DNA of 64,000 nucleotides from Candidatus Nanopelagicales bacterium (GTDB lineage: Bacteria > Actinomycetota > Actinomycetes > S36-B12 > GCA-2699445). Positions 55,859 through 64,000 of this stretch are shown here, piece after piece. The stretch lies in assembly GCA_037045355.1 (NCBI GenBank), contig JBAOHO010000012.1:239071-303070 (forward strand), given 5' to 3'. The notes under the pieces were generated by a model, which did not search any database, was not told where the DNA came from, and saw nothing but the letters and a program-made list of their open reading frames with translations. The first letter of the stretch is position 1, and every line of letters begins with the position of its first letter. The translations under genes and the position numbers were made by a program.

Positions 55859-56335
55859 CTACCGCGGACGGGTGGCTGCTTCGCCTCCTGGATCGGCCTC
55901 CACCTCGCGTGCGGTTCCGTCGGGGTTCACCGGTGAACGCCATTGGCCCCGGCGGGGCACTTGGTCGATCCCGCCCTTGTTCCAGGGATTGCAGCGCACC
56001 AGGCGGCCCGCGGTGAGTAGGGAACCCTTCGCAGCCCCGTGACGGTGAATGGCGCGGACCCCGTACTCCGAACAGCAGGGATACAGCCGGCACGAGGGGG
56101 CCAGCAGCGGCGAGATAAGCCGCTGGTAGATGCGGATCACCCCGAGCAGCATCATGCGCACCGGCCATCCGATCACCCACAGCGCTCTGGTGACCCCCTG
56201 CCGCAACCGCAACCCGACCGATGTCGACTCCACCGACGAAGACGCGCCCGAGCCCCTCGACAGCGACGCTACGGGCGCTGACTTCGCCCTCCGGTCATGA
56301 CTGTCTGCCTGCGGGAGCCGATCGGGTGCGGTCAT
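55859..56335 (-). CDS. yidD: membrane protein insertion efficiency factor YidD (extended form)
   Basis: Core IRIYQRLISPLLAPSCRLYPCCSEYGVRAIHRHGAAKGSLLTAGRLVRCNPW. ATG 56335 overlaps the rnpA stop (ATGA). Confidence 0.88.
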   Translation of the reverse strand: MTAPDRLPQADSHDRRAKSAPVASLSRGSGASSSVESTSVGLRLRQGVTRALWVIGWPVRMMLLGVIRIYQRLISPLLAPSCRLYPCCSEYGVRAIHRHGAAKGSLLTAGRLVRCNPWNKGGIDQVPRRGQWRSPVNPDGTAREVEADPGGEAATRPR

Positions 56336-56748
56336 GAGTGTGGTCCGCCGGCCGCTCGGCGGATGATGTTGTGGACATCGTCGCGCAGTGCGGAGTCACG
56401 CTCAGCGGCGCCCGGCAGGGCCCGCAGCACGAGAACAGAGCCAGGGGGCAGGGTCGACACCGAGTCCCGCGCAGCGTGGCGCAAGATCCTGCTCACCCGA
56501 TGTCGGGTTACGGAGTTGCCGATCCGCTTCGAGACGACGAGTCCGACCAGTGCTGGCTCCGCGTCTGTTCGGGTCCTGCCGCCGGTTCCGATTGCGGTGT
56601 CGGTTCCGATTGCGGTGTCGGCTCTGGGTGCGGTGTCGGCTCTGGGTGCATAGTGCCCGAGCAGTGGCCCGGACCGGATCCGTCGACCGGTCCGGATGGT
56701 GGCGGCGAACTCTCGACTGCTGACCAGGCGGTGCCGCCGCGGCAGCAT
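56332..56748 (-). CDS. rnpA: ribonuclease P protein component
   Basis: In-frame ATG 56748: MLPRRHRLVSSREFAATIRTGRR..., LVVSKRIGNSVTRHRVSRILRHA. It lies 11 nt downstream of rpmH and contains an internal repeat insertion. Confidence 0.88.
   Translation of the reverse strand: MLPRRHRLVSSREFAATIRTGRRIRSGPLLGHYAPRADTAPRADTAIGTDTAIGTGGRTRTDAEPALVGLVVSKRIGNSVTRHRVSRILRHAARDSVSTLPPGSVLVLRALPGAAERDSALRDDVHNIIRRAAGGPHS
56584..56655 (-). repeat. 4 x 18-bp in-frame tandem repeats inside rnpA (2 x ggttccgattgcggtgtc, 2 x ggctctgggtgcggtgtc-like)
   Basis: Encodes APRADT APRADT AIGTDT AIGTGG on the minus strand. Confidence 0.88.
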
Positions 56749-56759
56749 GATGGTGTGGG

Positions 56760-56897
56760 TCAGGCCGTCAGCTTGGCGCGGCCACGCGAGCGACGGGAGT
56801 TGACGATGGAGCGCCCCGCGCGGGTGCGCATTCTCAAACGGAATCCGTGCTTCTTCGCACGACGCCGATTGTTCGGCTGGAAGGTGCGCTTCGACAT
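56760..56897 (-). CDS. rpmH: 50S ribosomal protein L34
   Basis: [45 protein letters not shown] (45 aa), the C-terminal part of ORF 56760..57293. Confidence 0.95.
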   Translation of the reverse strand: MSKRTFQPNNRRRAKKHGFRLRMRTRAGRSIVNSRRSRGRAKLTA

Positions 56898-57347
56898 GGT
56901 GGGACTCCCGGAAAGACGCGGTGGGGTCGCGAGCCTGCGCCCGGCGACGCCCCAACGGTACGGACCCGACCCGATTCCGGTCAAACTGCGGGCGTATCCG
57001 TCACCCCACGACGTGCTCGGATCCGTGCATCCGGGCTCGGCCCGAGCTCGTCGCGACACCGAACCCGAGGCCGCTCCTGAACGGCATCGAAGCCCCGTTT
57101 CAGCAGCGATGCACCCACGGAATGTGGGCCGAACTCCCGACACCTGGGCCCCTCGGGCAATGGTGTCCGGGAAAGATAGGGCGATTCCGGTCACTGGTGA
57201 ACGGGACACGCCGAAGCGGTCCCCCAGTTCCAGGAAAAAATGGGGATCTGCCTTGACGCGACCGGGGCTGCTGCGACTAAGGTCACACCGCACTGGAGGG
57301 GAAATCTTCGCAGCGTCACGCCGTTGGGGGCGGGTGCTGCGGCGACT

Positions 57348-57379
57348 CTATCCACAGCCTGTGAATACTGTTGTGAATC
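57348..57379. promoter_or_regulatory. cluster of three DnaA-box-like 9-mers just upstream of dnaA
   Basis: cTATCCACA (57348-57356), TGTGAATA (57360-57367, reverse complement TATTCACA), and TGTGAAT (57372-57378). Confidence 0.55.
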
Positions 57380-57414
57380 GTTATTCGCCGGCCGGATATC
57401 GCGAGGGGCTATGA

Positions 57415-58932
57415 ATGGGCATGACGGATCTGAACGCGATCTGGCCGGAGGTACTGACCGAGATCACAGGTCCGGATGTCACTCCACATCAACGAGCGAT
57501 CCTGGCGCTCACCTGCCCGGTAGGGGTCGTCGGCCACACCGTCGTCGTGGCGGTTCCGAACGACTTCACCCGTGACGCGGTCGAGACCCGGCACCGTGGG
57601 CCGTTGTCCGACAGTCTCGGGCGCCACATGGGCCAACGAGTCCAACTGGCGCTGACGGTCGATCCGGATCTAGCGCCCGGACCCGACGAAGCCACTACCG
57701 ACGTCGTCGCTGATGCCACTTACGCCGCAGCCACCGAGACCGCTCCGGCACGCACCGGTGTCACCACGATCCCCGAGACCCCCCGGGTCTCACTGACCGG
57801 CGGCCCCATCAACCAACCCGCCGAGCGCACCGTCATCGAGCCGGTTCGCCCCGGCAGCGGCGGCCCCGGAACCCCTCGCCTCGAAGAAAGCCGGCTGAAC
57901 CCGCGCTACACGTTCGACACTTTCGTCATCGGTTCGAGCAACCGATTCGCCCACGCCGCTGCCGTGGCAGCCGCCGAACAGCCCGCCCGCGCCTACAACC
58001 CACTGGTGATCTACGGGGAGAGTGGGCTGGGTAAGACCCACCTGCTGCATGCGATCGGCCACTACACGCGTGAGATGTACTCCGGGACCCGCGTGCGTTA
58101 CGTGTCCAGCGAAGAGTTCACCAACGAGTTCATCAACTCGATCCGCGACGACAAGGCCGCCGTGTTCCAGCGCCGGTACCGCGACGTCGACCTCCTCCTC
58201 GTCGATGACATCCAGTTCCTGTCGGGCAAGGTCCAGACGCAGGAGGAGTTCTTCCACACGTTCAACACGCTGCACAACAACAGCAAGCAGATCGTGGTCA
58301 CGTGCGACATCCACCCGCGGCAGCTGCCCGACTTCGAAGACCGGATGCGGTCGCGATTCGAGTGGGGCTTGATCACCGACGTTCAGCCCCCGGACCTCGA
58401 AACCCGGATCGCGATCCTGCGCAAGAAGACCAACCAGGAGGGCATGAACGTCGCCGACAACGTGCTCGAGTACATCGCCGACCGGATCTCCAGCAACATC
58501 CGCGAACTCGAGGGCTCCCTGATCCGGGTCACGGCGTTCGCCAGTCTCAACAACTCCCCGGTCGACCTCGATCTTGCCCAGGACGTGCTGAAGGACTTGA
58601 TCACCGATCAGTCCCGCCCTGAGATCTCCGCCGGGCTGATCATGTCCGAGGCCGCCCAGTACTACGGATTCACCATCGAGGACCTGTGTGGGCCCTCGCG
58701 CAGCCGGAATCTTGTGGTCGCCCGGCAGGTGGCCATGTACCTGTGTCGGGAGTTGACCGATCTGTCATTCCCCAAGGTCGGCCAGGAGTTCGGGGGTCGG
58801 GACCACACCACGGTCATGCACGCCGAACGCAAGATCCGCAAGGAGATCGCCCAGCGGCGCAGTCTGTACAACCAGGTCGCCGACCTGACCCAGCGCATCA
58901 AGTCCGAGGCCCGGGCCAACCGCAGCTTCTGA
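57415..58932 (+). CDS. dnaA: chromosomal replication initiator protein DnaA
   Basis: 505 aa: NPLVIYGESGLGKTHLLHAIG, LLLVDDIQFLSGK, IRELEGSLIRV, and the C-terminal DNA-binding VARQVAMYLCRELTDLSFPKVGQEFGGRDHTTVMHA. Confidence 0.96.
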   Translation: MGMTDLNAIWPEVLTEITGPDVTPHQRAILALTCPVGVVGHTVVVAVPNDFTRDAVETRHRGPLSDSLGRHMGQRVQLALTVDPDLAPGPDEATTDVVADATYAAATETAPARTGVTTIPETPRVSLTGGPINQPAERTVIEPVRPGSGGPGTPRLEESRLNPRYTFDTFVIGSSNRFAHAAAVAAAEQPARAYNPLVIYGESGLGKTHLLHAIGHYTREMYSGTRVRYVSSEEFTNEFINSIRDDKAAVFQRRYRDVDLLLVDDIQFLSGKVQTQEEFFHTFNTLHNNSKQIVVTCDIHPRQLPDFEDRMRSRFEWGLITDVQPPDLETRIAILRKKTNQEGMNVADNVLEYIADRISSNIRELEGSLIRVTAFASLNNSPVDLDLAQDVLKDLITDQSRPEISAGLIMSEAAQYYGFTIEDLCGPSRSRNLVVARQVAMYLCRELTDLSFPKVGQEFGGRDHTTVMHAERKIRKEIAQRRSLYNQVADLTQRIKSEARANRSF

Positions 58933-59825
58933 CCGTCCCGCGAGCCGGTCCGGCGCTGCCGGCGGGCCGCTCTTCTCGACGGCGTCCTCGCTCACTGAGC
59001 TCTTCTCCTGTCTCGACCGCTCTTCTCCTGTCTCGACCGCTCTTCTGCGTGTCTCGGCGAGGTTCTGCTGTCCTCTCGACGAGGTCCTTCTGTCCCTCTC
59101 GGTGGGCTGTCAAGGTGTCGCTTGGCCCTTGCAGAGTGTTTACACGCCGGATGTTTGGCTGTTACGCCCATCGGTTAGACAGGGGCCATGAACGTCCCCG
59201 CCGTGTCCGCCGCCATCATCGCCGCCGCAGCGGCCGGGGCCTTGGCAGCGGCGGCTGAAACCGCGATCGTCCGCTCGTGGGACCGCCGGATCGAAGACCT
59301 CTACCGGTGATTCCCAATGCTCACGGCTCCAAGAAATCCTTACTGCTGTCGCCCTTCGTTCCATCGTTCGGGGGCCCGTCATTTGAACGCTCGGGGCCCA
59401 CTTCATGTTGATACGTTCGGGGGCCCGTCATTTGATCGTTCAAGGAACTGTGCAACGGATGTGCACCGCCGGGGGATCGACATGATTGTCATTCCGGATC
59501 GTGCGGGACAACCACAAGTCGTCTGACCGTTCGTCCCCGGTCATCAACAGATACACCCGACTCACCCACACCCCCTGCGGATCACGGCGCGCCGGGCCCC
59601 CGCTGCAACACCGGGATATCCACACTGTCCCCAGTACCTACGATGACGACTACTCCTCTCCATTCATCCAGTGAAGAACCATCTTGGTGTGTGTGGACAA
59701 GCTCCGGTCTTCTGTTCAAGCGACTTGGTGGAAGGGGCTGCAACGGGCCATCCACCGACCAGCGCAGATGGTCCCTGCGCACCGATGCGTATGTCAGGAT
59801 TAGCCACTGATGTCCGGGAGGGCCA
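58933..59825. other. oriC: probable oriC (dnaA-dnaN intergenic region)
   Basis: 893-bp non-coding gap. Perfect DnaA box TGTGGACAA (reverse complement TTGTCCACA) at 59692-59700, aTATCCACA at 59616-59624, and weaker boxes at 59562 and 59509. Locally A+T-richer stretches at 59380-59450 and 59660-59690. A 22-bp direct repeat at 59365 and 59414. Confidence 0.75.
58999..59058. repeat. 3 x 20-bp tandem repeat (gctcttctcctgtctcgacc), followed by two diverged ~22-bp copies to ~59102
   Basis: Read directly, immediately downstream of the dnaA stop. Confidence 0.88.
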
Positions 59826-60938
59826 ATGAAGATCCGCGTCGAGCAGGAGGATCTCGCAGAAGCAGTCGCATGGGCGGCTCGCACGCTGCCGACTCGTCCT
59901 ACCAGCCCGGTGTTGACCGGGGTCCGCCTCAGCGGCGAAGGTGACCGGGTCCAGCTGTCGGCGTTCGATCTGGAAGTTTCCGCCAAAGCCGATGTTGCCG
60001 CTGTCATCGACGAACCAGGTGTCGCCATCGTCAACGGCCGGCTGCTCTCCGAGATCGCGAAGGCGCTGCCGGCCCAACCCGTGGAACTTGGTCTGGAGGG
60101 CAGCCGCGTCACGGTTCGCTGTGGTCGCTCGTCATTCGGACTCCCCACCTTGCCAGTCGAGGACTATCCGCAACTTCCTGAACTCCCTCCCCACGCGGGA
60201 CAAGTCGCCGCAGCTGACTTCGCGGAAGCTGTGGGACAGGTGGCCATCGCCTCCAGTCGCGACGACACCCTTCCAGTCCTCACCGGGATCCGGGTCGAGT
60301 TGTCCTCCGACACCATGCGGCTCGCCGCCACCGATCGCTACCGACTGGCTGTCCGCGACATCCCCTGGCAGCCCAGCGGCGGCGGATCCGACCATTTCGC
60401 ACTGGTGAAGGGCCGGCAACTGGCCGACCTCGCTCGTTCCCTCGGACACTCCGATTCGGTACAGATCGCTCTTGGCGAAGGTGACGACGGCCGAATCGGC
60501 TTCGGGGTCGACGGGCGCGAACTTGTCACAAGACTGCTCGGCGGGGACTTCCCCCGCTATGAGCAGTTGCTCCCCACCGAGTCGCACACCCTCGCACGCG
60601 TCGACACTGCCGCGTTGGCCGAGGCCGTCAAGCGGGTCAAACTCGTCGCTGCGGAGCGGACCACTCCCATCAAACTGAACTTCAGCGACGGTGAGGTCAT
60701 GTTGAGCGCAGGCGCGTTCGATGACGCCCAGGCCATGGAGTCCTTGGAGTGTTCCATGGACGGAGACAGCCTCGAGATCGCCTTCAACCCCGACTACCTG
60801 CTGGATGGCCTGGGGGCCATCGGCGACGCGGAGACGACGCTGTCGTTCACCACGGCCGCCAAGCCCGCCGTACTGAGCCCCGGGGGCGACGCCGCTGATT
60901 ACAAGTACCTGCTGATGCCGGTGCGCCTGAGTAGCTGA
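59826..60938 (+). CDS. dnaN: DNA polymerase III subunit beta
   Basis: 370 aa: MKIRVEQEDLAEAVAWAARTLPTRP..., ATDRYRLA, and the C-terminal YLLMPVRL. RBS gggaggg. Confidence 0.95.
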   Translation: MKIRVEQEDLAEAVAWAARTLPTRPTSPVLTGVRLSGEGDRVQLSAFDLEVSAKADVAAVIDEPGVAIVNGRLLSEIAKALPAQPVELGLEGSRVTVRCGRSSFGLPTLPVEDYPQLPELPPHAGQVAAADFAEAVGQVAIASSRDDTLPVLTGIRVELSSDTMRLAATDRYRLAVRDIPWQPSGGGSDHFALVKGRQLADLARSLGHSDSVQIALGEGDDGRIGFGVDGRELVTRLLGGDFPRYEQLLPTESHTLARVDTAALAEAVKRVKLVAAERTTPIKLNFSDGEVMLSAGAFDDAQAMESLECSMDGDSLEIAFNPDYLLDGLGAIGDAETTLSFTTAAKPAVLSPGGDAADYKYLLMPVRLSS

Positions 60939-60942
60939 CCCG

Positions 60943-62073
60943 ATGTGGGTCAAGCGCCTGCACCTGGTTGATTTCCGCTCATATGACGAGATCGACCTGG
61001 CCCTCGATCCCGGTGCGGTCGTCCTGTTGGGCCCCAACGGTCAAGGGAAGACCAACATCGTCGAGGCGATCGCCTACTGCGCTGCGCTGGACAGTCACCG
61101 GGTTCACGGCGATGCGGCTTTGGTGCGCTCCGGCGCTGAGCGGGCCGTCATCCGGATGACCGTCGTCGTGGGGGACCGGGAGACCACGGTCGAACTGCAA
61201 CTGAATCCGGGAAAGTCGAATCGGGTCCAGATCAACGGCCAACCCGTCACCCGCAACCGCGATGTCGTAGGGACGGTTCGCTGTTCACTGTTCGCCCCTG
61301 AGCATCTGCGCCTGGTCAAAGGCGATCCTGCCGATCGCCGCCGCTTCCTCGACTCCGTCATGGTCCAGGTCGCTCCCCGCTACATCGCCGTACGCGCCGA
61401 CTTCGAGCGGGTGCTCAAGCAGCGCAACGCCGCCCTGCGCAGCCTCGCCTCCGCGCCCGGCTCCGAGGCGGAGGCGGTACTGACGGCTTGGGACGACCGT
61501 TACGTGCCGATCGCGGCCGAACTGACGTGGGGCCGCATCAACGCGGTGCGGCAACTCGCTGACGTCGTGGCGGATTCGTATCGCCGGATCAGTCCGGCTG
61601 CCGACCAGGTCGAGGTCGAGTACGAGTCGTCGGTGGCCGAATCCCGCCGGTGGGACTCCAAGGACGTGTTGGCCGCCGACCTGCAACAGGAACTTGCGGT
61701 GCGACACCGCGACGAGGTGCGCCGGGGAGTCACGCTGGTCGGCCCCCACCGTGACGACATGGCGCTGTCCCTGAACGGCCACGCGGCCCGGGGCTACGCC
61801 AGTCACGGTGAGGCGTGGTCGCTGGCGCTGGCGCTGCAACTGGCGTCGTTTCACGTGCTGCACCGCATTGCGGACGACCCTCCCGTGCTGGTCCTCGACG
61901 ATGTCTTCGCCGAACTCGACGAGAAGCGCCGTGACCGCCTGCTCGACGCAGTTGCTGATGCCGAACAGGTCCTCGTCACCGCGGCCGTGCCGGCCGATGT
62001 CCCGGCCCGGTTGAACGCCCAGATCATCACTGTCAGCAAGGACAGCGGACTGTCCCAACTCTCAATGCCGTAG
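60943..62073 (+). CDS. recF: DNA replication/repair protein RecF
   Basis: MWVKRLHLVDFRSY..., Walker A GPNGQGKTN, signature SHGEAWSLALALQLA, Walker B VLVLDDVFAELD. Confidence 0.94.
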   Translation: MWVKRLHLVDFRSYDEIDLALDPGAVVLLGPNGQGKTNIVEAIAYCAALDSHRVHGDAALVRSGAERAVIRMTVVVGDRETTVELQLNPGKSNRVQINGQPVTRNRDVVGTVRCSLFAPEHLRLVKGDPADRRRFLDSVMVQVAPRYIAVRADFERVLKQRNAALRSLASAPGSEAEAVLTAWDDRYVPIAAELTWGRINAVRQLADVVADSYRRISPAADQVEVEYESSVAESRRWDSKDVLAADLQQELAVRHRDEVRRGVTLVGPHRDDMALSLNGHAARGYASHGEAWSLALALQLASFHVLHRIADDPPVLVLDDVFAELDEKRRDRLLDAVADAEQVLVTAAVPADVPARLNAQIITVSKDSGLSQLSMP

Positions 62074-62519
62074 TACACCGGACCCCGCCTCATTCCCGTC
62101 ATCCCGCGATCCCGCTTCCCGCCATCCCGCTGTCCCACCACAGCCCTCTCTCCCGCCAAATACGGCTGGATTTCGTCCTCGGTTGGCGGGTTCACGTCAT
62201 TCCAGCGGCGAACTCGGTGCGCTCAGGGAACTCGGGGAAATCGGTGCGCTTGGTGGACTCGATGGGTAGCCCGGGCCCCTGGTCGCGCTGCACCGCCGAG
62301 GAGGCATGAGGTCAGGGTCGAGCTCGGCACGTCCGGCCCGAATCCCGCCACCGGGTGCCTCAATCACGCCGTACGCGGCAAGGTACGAGCAGCGCGACGG
62401 GCGGCGCGATGCGAGCGCGGCGACGGGAAGCGCGACGAGGCCGCGAGTAGACGCCAAGAGAGCGCGACGGGGAGCGAGACGGGCAGCCAGACGAGGGTGC
62501 GACGAGAGCGAGACGAGAC

Positions 62520-63053
62520 ATGGTCGCAGCTGACGAGCAGTCGGACCGGACGCGTATTCTGGCGGCCATGAGTACCGACCCCGCGCTGGCCGCTCTGGCT
62601 CGGGTCCGGATGGCGACATCGAACCGAGCCAAGGAGCGGTACCGGCCGGTTGTCAGTCCGACGTTGAGTTCCGCGGTCCCCGACGATCGGGACCCGCAAC
62701 TGCTGGGTCGCTGCGTCGACACGTGGGTCCGCGGTAACGGCTACGGTCACGAGATCGCCGTCGCGGGCCTGGCCGATCGATGGCAGGCGATCGTGGGTCC
62801 CCAGGTGGCCGACCACGTGTCCGTGCAAGGTTTTACCCCGGGGCCCCGCGGTGGCGAGCTGATCATCGTGGCCGACGCGGCCGAGTGGGCGGTGCAGCTG
62901 AAGTACCTCGTGCCCAAGATCCAACAACGCATCGATGAGGAGCTGGGCGCCGGTGTCGTGACGAACGTGATCGTGCGAGGACCCGGACGGACCACCACGG
63001 GGGGGTGGCGGGTGCGCACCGGTCGACGCAGCCCGCGCCTCAATTCCACCTGA
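62520..63053 (+). CDS. DUF721 domain protein (Rv0004/DciA-like)
   Basis: 177 aa: WQAIVGPQVADHVSVQGFTPGPRGGELIIVADAAEWAVQLKYLVPKIQQRIDEELG. Conserved position between recF and gyrB. The start is uncertain (ATG 62520 or 62568). Confidence 0.78.
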   Translation: MVAADEQSDRTRILAAMSTDPALAALARVRMATSNRAKERYRPVVSPTLSSAVPDDRDPQLLGRCVDTWVRGNGYGHEIAVAGLADRWQAIVGPQVADHVSVQGFTPGPRGGELIIVADAAEWAVQLKYLVPKIQQRIDEELGAGVVTNVIVRGPGRTTTGGWRVRTGRRSPRLNST

Positions 63054-63191
63054 TCCCGCGATTCGTCCACCTGATCTCACGATCGTCCACCTGATCCCGC
63101 GATTCGTCTGATTGATCCAAAGATCCTCGGCCTGATCCAAAGATCGACTGACCGGTCCAAAGATCGGATCGACCGACTGATCGGAAGATCG
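63045..63191. repeat. 7-unit, 20-21-bp periodic repeat array extremely rich in GATC (12 sites)
   Basis: Units start at 63045, 63066, 63086, 63107, 63127, 63147 and 63167. GATC at 63052, 63073, 63081, 63093, 63114, 63122, 63134, 63142, 63162, 63167, 63179 and 63187. Confidence 0.93.
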
Positions 63192-63363
63192 CGCCTCTTA
63201 CGATGGCGGGCCCTTCCTGTGTGGGGGGGATCAAGGACGGGGGTCGATCCCCGGAAATCGCCCTTCTCGGCCCGTCGCGTGCAGGGGTCGGTCAGCAAAC
63301 ACGGTAAACTGTGGGTCTGCCGCACTCCGATCTGGGGTGTTCCCACCCGAAGGAGATCAGCCT

Positions 63364-64000
63364 GTGTCCTACGACGCCAGTGCGATCACTGTCCTCGAAG
63401 GTCTGGAAGCCGTCCGCAAACGGCCCGGCATGTACATCGGCTCCACCGGTGAGCGGGGGCTGCACCACCTGGTCTACGAAGTCGTCGACAACGCCGTCGA
63501 CGAGGCCATGGCCGGCTACTGCGACCGCATCGACGTCACCCTTCTCGCCGATGGCGGGGTCCGCGTGGTCGACAACGGCCGGGGCATCCCGGTGGACATC
63601 CAGGAGAGCGAAGGCCGCCCCGCGGTCGAGGTGGTCCTGACCGTCCTCCACGCGGGCGGCAAGTTCGGAGGCGGGGGCTACTCGGTCTCCGGCGGCCTGC
63701 ACGGAGTCGGTGTCTCGGTGGTCAACGCCTTGTCGACCAGACTCGATGTCGAGGTTCGCCGCGACGGCTCCCATTGGCAGCAGAGTTTCGACGTGGGAGT
63801 TCCCGCGGCGGATCTTGTAAAGGGCGAGCCGACCGCGGAGACCGGGACAAGCATCACGTTCTGGGCCGACCCCGACGTCTTCGAGACCACCCGCTACGAC
63901 TTCGAAACCCTGTCTCGTCGCTTCCAGGAGATGGCCTTCCTCAACAAGGGCCTCACCATCGCCCTGCACGACGAGCGTGAGCATGCGGCCCCTGACCCCG
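63364..64000 (+). CDS. gyrB: DNA gyrase subunit B, N-terminal 212 codons (continues beyond window)
   Basis: Own translation from GTG 63364 (gaaggaga upstream): [52 protein letters not shown]...[34 protein letters not shown]. Not in the ORF track because it leaves the window. Confidence 0.95.
   Translation, partial: MSYDASAITVLEGLEAVRKRPGMYIGSTGERGLHHLVYEVVDNAVDEAMAGYCDRIDVTLLADGGVRVVDNGRGIPVDIQESEGRPAVEVVLTVLHAGGKFGGGGYSVSGGLHGVGVSVVNALSTRLDVEVRRDGSHWQQSFDVGVPAADLVKGEPTAETGTSITFWADPDVFETTRYDFETLSRRFQEMAFLNKGLTIALHDEREHAAPDP

Noticed and set aside
61847-61862. parS-like sequence cGTTTCACGTGctgCa inside recF
   Set aside because: It matches only about 12 of 16 positions and the right half-site is lost. 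This is probably a chance match to the CACGTG core.
63045-63191. Interpreting the GATC cluster as an E. coli-style Dam/SeqA origin element
   Set aside because: The DnaA-box-containing oriC is 3.3 kb away, no dam or seqA homolog is visible in the window, and Dam/SeqA control is not established in actinobacteria. It is kept as an open observation only.

Overview
GC-rich actinobacterial chromosome segment covering the replication-origin neighbourhood. The right half holds the conserved core. On the minus strand: rpmH-rnpA-yidD-(two extra genes)-yidC-jag-rsmG-parA-parB. On the plus strand: dnaA-dnaN-recF-DUF721-gyrB. Further left lie ddl, an aminotransferase, cwlM, trxA, trxB, sigM with its anti-sigma factor, a pseudokinase, murJ, a DUF6049-like gene, a NUDIX gene and cca. 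The left half (1-30 kb) is envelope and accessory: cydA, an LCP ligase, an S8 protease, dcd, two tandem proline-rich membrane paralogs plus a DUF2752 gene, a 1034-aa LIP-type lipase, an Fe-S/CCG reductase, an SGNH hydrolase, a glycopolymer cluster (ATP-grasp, metallophosphoesterase, GH5-FN3, GT4, priming sugar transferase), PadR-ino1 and an antiporter. I saw no rRNA, tRNA, CRISPR array, transposase or integrase. Three things stand out. (1) At least 11 places where a recognisable protein continues in another reading frame, most explained by a single extra base, including in trxB. (2) Many short tandem repeats (12-27 bp) in both coding and intergenic DNA. Two arrays carry a Shine-Dalgarno plus start codon in every unit, and one ~147-bp array holds 12 GATC sites. 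(3) Two perfect parS sites and a dnaA-dnaN oriC with DnaA boxes. No clearly novel multi-gene system can be demonstrated from sequence alone. The strongest candidates are the repeat-based leaders, the GATC array, and the proline-rich paralog/DUF2752 locus.
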